Positions 9,201 through 16,071 of a DNA stretch of 17,612 nucleotides are shown piece by piece. Each line of letters starts with the position of its first letter. Position 1 is the first letter of the stretch. The DNA is taken from assembly GCA_043822925.1 (NCBI GenBank), contig JBDRBF010000021.1, positions 1-17,612 on the forward strand, given 5' to 3'. The notes under the pieces were generated by a model. That model had not been told where the DNA came from and did not search any database. It saw only the letters and a program-made list of their open reading frames with translations. The position numbers were made by a program, and so were the translations under genes. The DNA comes from a bacterium (GTDB lineage Bacteria; Babelota; Babeliae; Babelales; RVW-14).

Positions 9201-9453
9201 GGGCCGGCAAGAGCAAAAAGCTGGTATTAGGTGCTGGGTCAGGCTTATTGCAACGCTTGAAATGATTGCTAAAGATCCTGATAGTAATATAGCTGTACGC
9301 TATGGTAATAAAAAAGATTTTAAAGCAGCTGTGTTATTATTAGAAAAGATGACCTTGCCTCTTTATTTTGGTATTACGTATAAAGAAAATTTGTTTGACG
9401 ATTATGACGCCGTCGAGCCGTACCCGTCTTGGGCTCATTGGGAAGAAGAATAA
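6268..9453 (+). CDS. Large hypothetical exported protein with a P-loop NTPase/GTPase-like motif (~1061 aa)
   Basis: TGATG stop/start overlap at 6266-6270 (alternative GTG at 6265) with a GGGGG RBS; N-terminal hydrophobic signal; VYIFCSFVDGVGKSTML P-loop; FIVDMPA and VFVDFLG motifs; Ser/Gly-rich linker near the C-terminus. Confidence 0.85.
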   Translation: MRVFRVCAFVFIFTQSCVFCVNQKVEINQAAFAENFIKHYEFSPEGRYVHEYHPFILRKTAQSFDQLEGELQANGYKLSGRCVILGYEENAVPPYYTNYKEAKINDEASLKSNAGWSLKLHNRFGFMTGFLFKDIIQDSVFQHINAASIFLFDDRASIFQEHAFDEALPLIIKAQARVMPIVKKGDANLVFGWLIRFWQALYAGGFKVGNKQVAGTQDILFSIENARHVLKSGLPITKFAIGPDITYPIEIFGKQERGATRNAQTFVKSFVKTLEPVNAEPTVYIFCSFVDGVGKSTMLGNIKNWMVHGDNIDQFDHVDNSSSQVADMFQFKDNVFIVDMPAQVSHFTYKPDGLVYADAQTEFGAQFIEELRAHVRSNHVQYEREYQELILRVSGIIARAGYFAPEINDIDNPKTMFVRNVLLLKKKQENYWVPFEYDGKPYLFNKANFLAIRMLMPLAQVKSEGLKNIESEQMLFCNGIRFPLAYRLFLDDLMSKLREKQAKNIVFVDFLGMYPRSSRENVRINYLLQQFALLDSRFDVNKSIYKNFSSGGELLNYLLDDRKVARILDAFKLEALVRVGLYEFIVGRDQGDLTGITVEALTNILREKLQKMPDSFMSYVHACASDKVVHERNHFKDLYGLSKHFVNIQLFDFSCMCNFCYLLQHFFKTSIQNEQLEFMWEDPGVISASLLNSGQGVGKNVSPFVQTTGGVTVRQCFTFLPECRDEVYLTPFLRMLRASWYATLANLIYSTEKDGNKIEINRQIYPAPPLFVVQPEGAHTVQVFQRIFEPFKSGKVPVSLVQTSAMFHLAGRANYGVLGNQIYRLNWESTDTNNGVFSFACNFIDRKTKRNADPDTLNVISRYVKKHQSEHDVGTVITSSDLYEKLKQSVYWKMEQKKILKKATKHGIIQLDSNGFFCFDKTKKNAKSGSSGTAGSSGTVSSGQNTGSVQSGASQVSGQESGLDSGGQRKKRKRYIFLGRQEQKAGIRCWVRLIATLEMIAKDPDSNIAVRYGNKKDFKAAVLLLEKMTLPLYFGITYKENLFDDYDAVEPYPSWAHWEEE

Positions 9454-9475
9454 AATAGATATAAATAGGGGAAAT

Positions 9476-10378
9476 ATGAATAATAAGCAGCAAAATACGA
9501 TTCTTGTTCCAGCGCAGAGCAAAAGTTATCAGCTTTTAGATTCGGGCAATGGCATGAAAGTTGAACGTTTTGGCGATAATATTATCGTTCGTCCAGATGC
9601 TAATTGTGTTTGGAGTCCACAGGCTCAAAAATCTGTGTGGGCTAATGTTGATGCAATTCTTGAAAAAACATCTGATGGTAAATATACATGGGAAAAGAAG
9701 AAGAGTTTTAAAGACTTATGGACTTTTACGTTTGATGGTAGAGACCAAGCGATTGTTTTTTCTCTTCGACTTTCGTCTGCAAGTAAGAATCTTGGCATTT
9801 TTCCAGAACAGGCATCAAATTGGCAGTGGATGATGAATCAAATTTATACTGCTGGTTCAGGTTCTAAACCCAGCGTACTTAATTTGTTTGGGTATACAGG
9901 GGGCGCTACGTTATGTGCAGCTGCAGCAGGGGCAAAAGTTTGTCATGTTGATGCATCGCAAGCTGCTGTCACCTGGGCACGCGCAAATCAAACGATGAGT
10001 CTTTTAGGTGGGGAGCCGGTTCGTTGGATTGTCGATGATTGCGTCGATTTTGTTAGTCGAGAGATTAAGCGTGGCGTCAGTTATGATGCCATAATTCTCG
10101 ACCCACCAGCGTTTGGGCGTGATCAGAAGGGCAAAGTTTTTGAATTTGAAAAACAGGTACAGAGACTGCTTGGGCTGTGTAAACAAGTGCTTGTGCCAGA
10201 TCCATTATTTGTCATTTTTAATGGGTATAGCATGGGATACAGTGCTACAGTGCTTAAGAATTTATTGGGTGATTTTTTTCCGGGCAAAAATATAGAATTT
10301 GGTGAATTGCACTTGCAAGAAAAATCGGGTCAACGTACGTTGCCATGTAGTTTATATGCGCGTTTTGGACGAGAATAA
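9476..10378 (+). CDS. Class I SAM-dependent methyltransferase (RlmI/RlmK-like, short form; 300 aa)
   Basis: YQLLDSGNGMKVERFG, GIFPEQ, VLNLFGYTGGATL, HVDAS and YDAIILDPPAFGR motifs; AGGGG RBS before ATG 9476. Confidence 0.88.
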   Translation: MNNKQQNTILVPAQSKSYQLLDSGNGMKVERFGDNIIVRPDANCVWSPQAQKSVWANVDAILEKTSDGKYTWEKKKSFKDLWTFTFDGRDQAIVFSLRLSSASKNLGIFPEQASNWQWMMNQIYTAGSGSKPSVLNLFGYTGGATLCAAAAGAKVCHVDASQAAVTWARANQTMSLLGGEPVRWIVDDCVDFVSREIKRGVSYDAIILDPPAFGRDQKGKVFEFEKQVQRLLGLCKQVLVPDPLFVIFNGYSMGYSATVLKNLLGDFFPGKNIEFGELHLQEKSGQRTLPCSLYARFGRE

Positions 10379-10413
10379 AAATAGTTGTTTTGGGGGTGTT
10401 TGGAGGACGACTT

Positions 10414-11085
10414 GTGAAGAAGTTATTAGTTGTTTTGACTGCTTGTTTCTTATCGTTTGGGCCTGTAGCCTTTGGGATGCATGGTTGTTTTTCAGTTAAA
10501 AAAACTGAAAAACACACCGTATGCGATGAGCCTACGTTGAATAAGAAATTAGTTAAAGATTTGGGAAAAGAAATAAAAAGTATTTTTCAGTGTGGTTTTA
10601 GAGATGGGTATACGTCAGGGGTTTGGTTTGTTGGAAAAATGAACGATGCGTTTTCTGATTATTATGAAAAACATGCACAAGAAATATACCAGGCATTAGA
10701 TCAGGTATTTCAAAAAAACCGGAAATATAAAGAAAAACTCGATAAATTTAATATGTTACACGCAGCTATTAAGTTAGATTATTGTGTAACGTTTATTTGG
10801 GTTTTGCTTAAATTAGGAGCGAATACTTTAAAAAAAGATTTGTTCGGTAAGTTGCCTATAGATTATGCATCGGAACGCGAAGACGCACGGGTGATTTGTA
10901 AATTAATTGATCCTGAGAGGCATGTTAGCGTTTGTCATGTTGTTGAAGAGATAACGTTTGATGAAAATGGGGAGGCTATGGAGCGTAAAGAAATAGTTCA
11001 AGATCCAACGTTTGATTTTAATGAAGCATTTGGTCTTAACGCAATGGTGAACGGGTTAGCGTTGTCAGATTCTGACGAAGAGTAA
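10414..11085 (+). CDS. Exported protein with an ankyrin-like repeat (223 aa)
   Basis: GGAGG RBS at 10402-10406, GTG start at 10414; signal peptide MKKLLVVLTACFLSFGPVAFG; ankyrin-like segment NMLHAAIK...VLLKLGANTLKKDLFGKLPIDYA. Confidence 0.75.
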   Translation: MKKLLVVLTACFLSFGPVAFGMHGCFSVKKTEKHTVCDEPTLNKKLVKDLGKEIKSIFQCGFRDGYTSGVWFVGKMNDAFSDYYEKHAQEIYQALDQVFQKNRKYKEKLDKFNMLHAAIKLDYCVTFIWVLLKLGANTLKKDLFGKLPIDYASEREDARVICKLIDPERHVSVCHVVEEITFDENGEAMERKEIVQDPTFDFNEAFGLNAMVNGLALSDSDEE

Positions 11086-11214
11086 CTGTTTTACATAGAA
11101 TTACGGGCAAGAAAAAAGAAGCGCTAAGACTTGAAGCACAAAGGGTGCGTTTATAGTATTAACTGTGCTCTGGGTGCGGGGATGCTTTTTGATTTAAAAT
11201 TTTGTGGGCGATTA

Positions 11215-13011
11215 TTATTCTTGGCTATTAATGGCGATATCAAGGCCCTGTAGCTCGATACTTACGTTGTCCATCCACTCGTTTTTTACGACGTGTCCGG
11301 CCAGATCAAATGGCGTCTCGCCAATATGAGCAAGTTTTGCGTAGATGTCAGGTCTATTAAAGAAAATTACCGGTTTAATTACCCCGTTCGAGAATAAAAA
11401 GCATTTTACGTGTTTATCTTTTAGTAACATGGGTTGTTTTAAAAGTGTAACGTTTTTGATTAAAAAAGTTGGTTGTGGGTTTTGGTTGCCAAACGGTTCC
11501 AGTTGATCCATGTCTGACATAAGTTTATTGGTTGCATCGCCCAGTTCTAGGTAGGCATCGAGTGTAATTTTGGGTAATAAATCTTGGGGTGCAACTGTTT
11601 TGGCAATAAGAGCTTCAAGCCGTTCTTTTAATTCAGGTACATTTTCTTGTTTTAATGATAGACCAGCTGCACATGCGTGGCCGCCAAACGTGAGCAAGAG
11701 ATCTTGGCATTCTTGGAGTGCATGAAAAATATTAAATTCTGGGATCGATCTACACGAGCCTTTGGCTATGCCCGTATTGTCTAAGTGAAAGAGAATTGTT
11801 GGCTTGCCAAAATTATGCATGAGTTTTCCGGCTACCAAGCCTATTACGCCGGATTGCCAATTTTTGTTGCCAGCCATAATAAGATTTTCTTGTTCTAAAT
11901 TTATCGATTTGGCGAAAATAGCTTCTGTAATTTCAGAGTAAATGCGTTGCTCTATAATTTTGCGCTCTTCGTTCATTTTTTTTAAGACGATACCAATGCG
12001 CTCGACTTCTGTAAAGTTGTCGCTAATCAAAAATTTGACCGCCTCGCGGGGGTCGTCTAGGCGTCCCAGGGCATTAATTTGTGGCGCGATCATGAACCCA
12101 ACGTCTATCGAGCTTAAGATTGGCTTGGTGAGCATGCTATTTTGGGCCAGAACTGATATGGCATGACTGCGGTTTTTGTTTATTTTGCTGAGCCCATATC
12201 TGACCCAGTATCTATTTTCGTGTATTAATGGGACCACATCAGCTACGGTGCCTAGCGCGAGTAGTTCGTATGCTTTTTCTGGCATAGTAATATTTTTATG
12301 TTCGCATAATAATTGCATGAGTTTAAACGTGACGCCAACGCCTGCTAGTAACTTAAATGGGTAGACGCAAGATTTTTGGTTTGGGTTAACGACTGCATAT
12401 GCTGTTGGTAATACGCCGTGGGGCTGGTGATGGTCTGTGATAATTACGTCTATGCCGGCGTCATGGGCATCTTGTGCCGCTGGATGCGCTGTAATGCCGT
12501 TATCGACCGTGATTATAAGTGTGTATTTGTTCTGGATTGCTTTGAGCACGACATCTTTTGATAGTCCGTAGCCGTCTTTTTTGCGTATGGGCAAGTAATA
12601 GTTTATTTGTGCGCCTAACGGGATTAACGTTAATAATAAAAGTGAAGTAGACGTGACGCCATCGACGTCATAATCTCCAAAAATAAGAATTTTTTCTTTG
12701 TTTTCTATCGCTTTTAAAATACGTTCGATTGCTTTGCCTGCATCTGTTAATAAGTTCGAGTGGGACACGTCTTGTTCGTACGAGCTAAATAAATAGGCGT
12801 TTATAATATTTTTATCGATAAAGTCGCGTGAATATAACGTATGGGCTATTGGCAAACTCAAATTATGATTATTACTAATTTTGCTTATTATTTCTGGGTT
12901 TGGTTTTTTGAGCTTCCAGACATATTTTGCGCCAGTAATAAACGTGTAATCTTGGGGTGTTTTTTTAGTTTTAATTTTTGTGCCTGTTTTTTTTGTTGTT
13001 TGAGTTTGCAT
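11215..13011 (-). CDS. recJ: Single-stranded-DNA-specific exonuclease RecJ
   Basis: IFGDYDVDG, ITVDNG, ITDHH, LGTVADVVPL, PQINALGRL, GSCRSI, FGGHACAAG and LEPFGNQNP motifs; GGAG RBS. Confidence 0.97.
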   Translation of the reverse strand: MQTQTTKKTGTKIKTKKTPQDYTFITGAKYVWKLKKPNPEIISKISNNHNLSLPIAHTLYSRDFIDKNIINAYLFSSYEQDVSHSNLLTDAGKAIERILKAIENKEKILIFGDYDVDGVTSTSLLLLTLIPLGAQINYYLPIRKKDGYGLSKDVVLKAIQNKYTLIITVDNGITAHPAAQDAHDAGIDVIITDHHQPHGVLPTAYAVVNPNQKSCVYPFKLLAGVGVTFKLMQLLCEHKNITMPEKAYELLALGTVADVVPLIHENRYWVRYGLSKINKNRSHAISVLAQNSMLTKPILSSIDVGFMIAPQINALGRLDDPREAVKFLISDNFTEVERIGIVLKKMNEERKIIEQRIYSEITEAIFAKSINLEQENLIMAGNKNWQSGVIGLVAGKLMHNFGKPTILFHLDNTGIAKGSCRSIPEFNIFHALQECQDLLLTFGGHACAAGLSLKQENVPELKERLEALIAKTVAPQDLLPKITLDAYLELGDATNKLMSDMDQLEPFGNQNPQPTFLIKNVTLLKQPMLLKDKHVKCFLFSNGVIKPVIFFNRPDIYAKLAHIGETPFDLAGHVVKNEWMDNVSIELQGLDIAINSQE

Positions 13012-13051
13012 GTTGGCTCCGGTTTTTTCGTTTGCCCATGGATATTTTTAT

Positions 13052-13097
13052 CCCGGGGTTTAGACCGGGTTAAAACCCGCCCTCGTGCCCGGGCTAC
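13052..13097. repeat. GC-rich REP-like palindrome between lysS and recJ
   Basis: CCCGGG (13052-13057) ... CCCGGGCTAC (13088-13097; GTAG on the minus strand) enclosing the hairpin CGGGTT-AA-AACCCG (13066-13079). Confidence 0.55.
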
Positions 13098-13139
13098 ACA
13101 AAGCACAGAGAGTTTTTTTATAAAAATATTTTTTTAGAT

Positions 13140-13188
13140 ATGCTTCGACAGGCTCAGCATGAGCGCTCTCCCTGAGCTTGTCGAAGGG
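13140..13188. repeat. REP-like inverted repeat CTTCGACAGGCTCAG...CTGAGCTTGTCGAAG
   Basis: 15-bp arms at 13143-13157 and 13172-13186 with one G-T pair, just downstream of the lysS stop; a related half-copy lies at 14803-14863. Confidence 0.8.
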
Positions 13189-13193
13189 TTTTC

Positions 13194-14750
13194 TTACTGT
13201 TTTTTCATGGTCGGGAATAAAATTACGTCTTTAATCGAGCTGGTATTAGTTAAAAGCATAACAAGACGATCGATCCCAATGCCAACGCCAACACATGGTG
13301 GTAGCCCATACTCAAGCGCTGTAACGTAGTCAGCATCGTAGTGATGAGCTTCTTGGTCACCAGCATCGCGTGCTTGTACTTGTGATTTAAAGCGTTCAGC
13401 TTGGTCGATTGGGTCATTTAATTCGGAGAACATGTTGGCGACTTCCATGCCGGCAGCAAATAGTTCGCAACGGTCGGTGATAGCCGGGTTGTGCGGGTTG
13501 CGTTTGGCCAGAGGCGAAACTTCGACCGGATATTCTGTGATAAACGTTGGTTGAATGATTTTAGCTTCAACTAAGTGTTCAAAAAGTGCAAACAATTTTA
13601 CGCCGTAACTTTGTGTCCCAGCGAGTTCTATTTTGTTTTGTTTGATGACAGAATCGATATTTTTTTCAGTGATTTGGTCAGCAGTTAGGCCGCCGATTTC
13701 TATTAACGAGTCTTTCATGCTTAAGCATTTGAATGGTGCTTTGAAGTTGAGCGTTAGATCTTGATAGATAATTTCTTCAGTTCCAAAGTTTTTTACAACA
13801 GCGTCATGTATAAGTTCTTCTGTTAATTTAATACCGTCTTTATAGTTGCCATGAGCCATATAATATTCAAGCATGGTAAATTCTGGGTTATGCCTGGTTG
13901 AAACGCCTTCGTTTCTGAAGTTTCTGTTAATTTCAAACACGCGTTCGATGCCGCCGACTACTAAGCGCTTTAAATAAAGTTCAGGAGCTATGCGCAAGAA
14001 TAAATCGATGTTATACGCATTGTGATGGGTAATAAATGGACGCGCTGTTGCTCCGCCTGGTATAGGCTGAAGCATTGGGGTTTCGACTTCAATAAAGTCG
14101 TGATTTTGTAGAAACGCGCGTATTGATTGAATAATTTTTGAACGTTTAATAAATTTTTCTTTACGTTCTGGATTGCTCATTAAATCTAAATATCTTTGGC
14201 GATAGCGTTGTTCTGTGTCGACGAGTCCGTGATATTTTTCTGGTAATGGGCGTAAGCATTTGCTAATAAGTTTAAATTCGGCGACTTTGAGTGTTACTTG
14301 GCCGGTTTTTGTGGTAAATAACGTGCCTCGGACCCATAGGTGATCGCCTAGATCGATATTACGTTTAAAATGTTCAAAAGCTGCATCGCCGACATCGCTC
14401 ATTTTTATATAAACTTGGAGCATGCCGGAACGGTCTTGAATATTGCCGAAAAAACTTTTGCCGTGATCGCGTATCGTGATTAAACGGCCAGCGAGCATAT
14501 ATTCTTGAGTTTCTGATTTTGTTTTTTCATATTCTTCGAGCGCTTGCTGAGAAGTCGCCGTTACTTTTTGTGCTTCTGGCCATGCTTGTGTGTTTTCTTG
14601 GTGCATTTTAGTAACTTTGCCCAATCTAATCGCATGTTCTTCTGATTCTTTTTCTTTTGTATTTATTGTTGTTTCTGGCGTTAGGCCTGGAGTTAATTCT
14701 TGGCTATTTTCAGGATTTTTGTTTTTTGGATCTATCATGGTTCTGCCCAT
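13194..14750 (-). CDS. lysS: Lysine--tRNA ligase (class II)
   Basis: LPEKYHGL, RYRQRYLDL, EVETPML, GGATARPF, LRIAPELYLKRLVVGG, FRNEG, HNPEFTMLEYY, GIGIDRLVMLLT and VILFP motifs. The start could alternatively be ATG 14738. Confidence 0.98.
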   Translation of the reverse strand: MGRTMIDPKNKNPENSQELTPGLTPETTINTKEKESEEHAIRLGKVTKMHQENTQAWPEAQKVTATSQQALEEYEKTKSETQEYMLAGRLITIRDHGKSFFGNIQDRSGMLQVYIKMSDVGDAAFEHFKRNIDLGDHLWVRGTLFTTKTGQVTLKVAEFKLISKCLRPLPEKYHGLVDTEQRYRQRYLDLMSNPERKEKFIKRSKIIQSIRAFLQNHDFIEVETPMLQPIPGGATARPFITHHNAYNIDLFLRIAPELYLKRLVVGGIERVFEINRNFRNEGVSTRHNPEFTMLEYYMAHGNYKDGIKLTEELIHDAVVKNFGTEEIIYQDLTLNFKAPFKCLSMKDSLIEIGGLTADQITEKNIDSVIKQNKIELAGTQSYGVKLFALFEHLVEAKIIQPTFITEYPVEVSPLAKRNPHNPAITDRCELFAAGMEVANMFSELNDPIDQAERFKSQVQARDAGDQEAHHYDADYVTALEYGLPPCVGVGIGIDRLVMLLTNTSSIKDVILFPTMKKQ

Positions 14751-14791
14751 ATTTTATTAAAAATACTTACAAGAAAACACAGCTTAATATT

Positions 14792-14868
14792 TGTCATCCC
14801 AGGAGCGCTCACCCTGCCGTGCCCGGCGAAGCTTCACGCGAAGCCTGGGAGCCTGTCGAAGGGGATCT
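14792..14868. repeat. Composite REP-like element upstream of lysS
   Basis: GAGCGCTCACCCTG[33-nt insert]AGCCTGTCGAAGGG matches 13161-13188 (26/28) once 14817-14849 is removed; flanked by ATCCC/GGGAT. Confidence 0.75.
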
Positions 14869-14955
14869 TTAAATATATCTGGCTTCGATTATACATATTT
14901 TTATCGTTTTAGGTAGGGCTTGTTCTATTGCGTAGACATGAGCCGGTCTTTTGGT

Positions 14956-15255
14956 TTAAGACTGTTTTTTGCTTTTGGGCGCTAAGATATATACAAATTC
15001 GTTGGTGTATCCCATGTGCAAGTCTTCGCGGGCTATTTTTTCTTTTTCGAAGTCGTTTTCGTTGAACGCTTGTAGTTTTAGTTCTAAAACCTGAACTTCA
15101 GCTTGAAGTTTTTTGACGATATCTTTTTGTACTTCGACTTCTTGTTTGAGTATTTTGAACTGTATGAGCCCCTTGTCGCCATATACAAAATAATATCCCA
15201 GGGTGCTACATAGCCCCCCGATAATTATAAGCTGAAAAAACGTTTTTATACGCAT
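14956..15255 (-). CDS. ftsB: Septum formation initiator family protein (FtsB/DivIC-like)
   Basis: 99 aa; single N-terminal TM helix, YGDKG, coiled coil and the EKIAREDLHMGYTNE motif typical of FtsB/DivIC. Confidence 0.8.
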   Translation of the reverse strand: MRIKTFFQLIIIGGLCSTLGYYFVYGDKGLIQFKILKQEVEVQKDIVKKLQAEVQVLELKLQAFNENDFEKEKIAREDLHMGYTNEFVYILAPKSKKQS

Positions 15256-15279
15256 GCTTTCCCTTTGCTTGCGAGAAAT

Positions 15280-15645
15280 TTATTTACGAATTGTTGTTGT
15301 TAATTTCTCTAGCACTATTCCGTAGCCCAAAGCTGCTGCTATGTTTGAAAATGATTTGATAGTTAAACTTTCTTTTTCCCCAGAGCGAATATCTTGAATG
15401 ATGGATGAAGAAATTCCTGCGGCTTTAGCTAGTTTTCGTACAGATGCGTGGTCTTCTTCCATAAGAGCAATTAATAACTCGGAAAGCAAAAGATCCTGAT
15501 ATTCTTTGGTTATTTTTGCTTTCCGGTCTGGATTTTGTGTTAATCGTTCATAGGTAGATGTTTTAGTGGATACTTTAGTAGGTGTTTTTGTTTTTGATTT
15601 TTTTGAGCGAACTTTTATGCTTTTTTTTACTACAGGTTTAATCAT
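15280..15645 (-). CDS. XRE-type HTH antitoxin (HigA-like)
   Basis: SVRKLAKAAGISSSIIQDIRSG...LTIKSFSNIAAALGY helix-turn-helix; overlaps the toxin stop by 8 nt. Confidence 0.8.
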   Translation of the reverse strand: MIKPVVKKSIKVRSKKSKTKTPTKVSTKTSTYERLTQNPDRKAKITKEYQDLLLSELLIALMEEDHASVRKLAKAAGISSSIIQDIRSGEKESLTIKSFSNIAAALGYGIVLEKLTTTIRK

Positions 15646-16018
15646 AGTATGCTCCCTTTTTTATTCTTATTTCATAGTCACTTTTATATTTTAAAGCTTT
15701 AGCTTTTTCATTAATGGGTAACTTATCTTGTTTTTTATTAAAGGCATTTGTGATAATAATTTTTTTCCCAATAAAGAAAAACGATAAGAACCGATGCGTT
15801 CTAGATTTGAAGGCATATATTCCATCCCCCTCATTTCTAAATTTTGTTTTATCTTTAATTAATCCGATTTCTGCCATAAGTGCAAAAAGGTTGATCATCT
15901 TATCCTGAAAGGCATCATCTAAATTTTGAAAGTATTCGAAGGCTTGGCTTTTTTCATTGGTATTATAATACCATTCGATAATAAACTTTGATCCTTTATA
16001 TGCTATGAATTCTTTCAC
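15638..16018 (-). CDS. Type II toxin, RelE/ParE superfamily (Gp49/HigB-like)
   Basis: 126 aa; KFRNEGDGIYAFK..HRFLSFF...KIIITNAFNKKQDKLP..EKAKA pattern; lies directly upstream of an HTH gene. Confidence 0.85.
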   Translation of the reverse strand: MKEFIAYKGSKFIIEWYYNTNEKSQAFEYFQNLDDAFQDKMINLFALMAEIGLIKDKTKFRNEGDGIYAFKSRTHRFLSFFFIGKKIIITNAFNKKQDKLPINEKAKALKYKSDYEIRIKKGAYYD

Positions 16019-16034
16019 TTTGCATCTTTCGTAA

Positions 16035-16066
16035 AAAAATATCTTTATTTAGATAAAGATATTTTT
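16035..16066. promoter_or_regulatory. Palindrome upstream of the toxin gene: probable TA operator (or weak rapZ terminator)
   Basis: AAAAATATCTTTAT-TTAG-ATAAAGATATTTTT: perfect 14-bp arms filling most of the rapZ-toxin gap. Confidence 0.65.
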
Positions 16067-16071
16067 GCTTT

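Noticed and set aside
3011-9453. Assigning the unknown operon to a known anti-phage defence or secretion system
   Set aside because: No nuclease, TIR, SIR2, helicase or secretion-apparatus motifs were recognised, and the signal peptides argue against a cytoplasmic defence system.
494-10517. Numerous 60-136 aa alternative-frame and antisense ORFs
   Set aside because: All lie within or across long, well-supported genes and show no recognisable motifs.
11086-11214. Bidirectional terminator between the convergent ankyrin gene and recJ
   Set aside because: Only short, widely spaced complementarity (AGCACA/TGTGCT); no compact GC stem with a U-tract.
12841-13137. ORFs 12841..13137 (+) and 12888..13106 (-)
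   Set aside because: They overlap the recJ start and run through REP-like DNA; their composition reflects skew rather than a real protein.
14657-14912. Short plus-strand ORFs upstream of lysS
   Set aside because: They are antisense to the lysS start and translate the palindromic repeat; no RBS or family motif.
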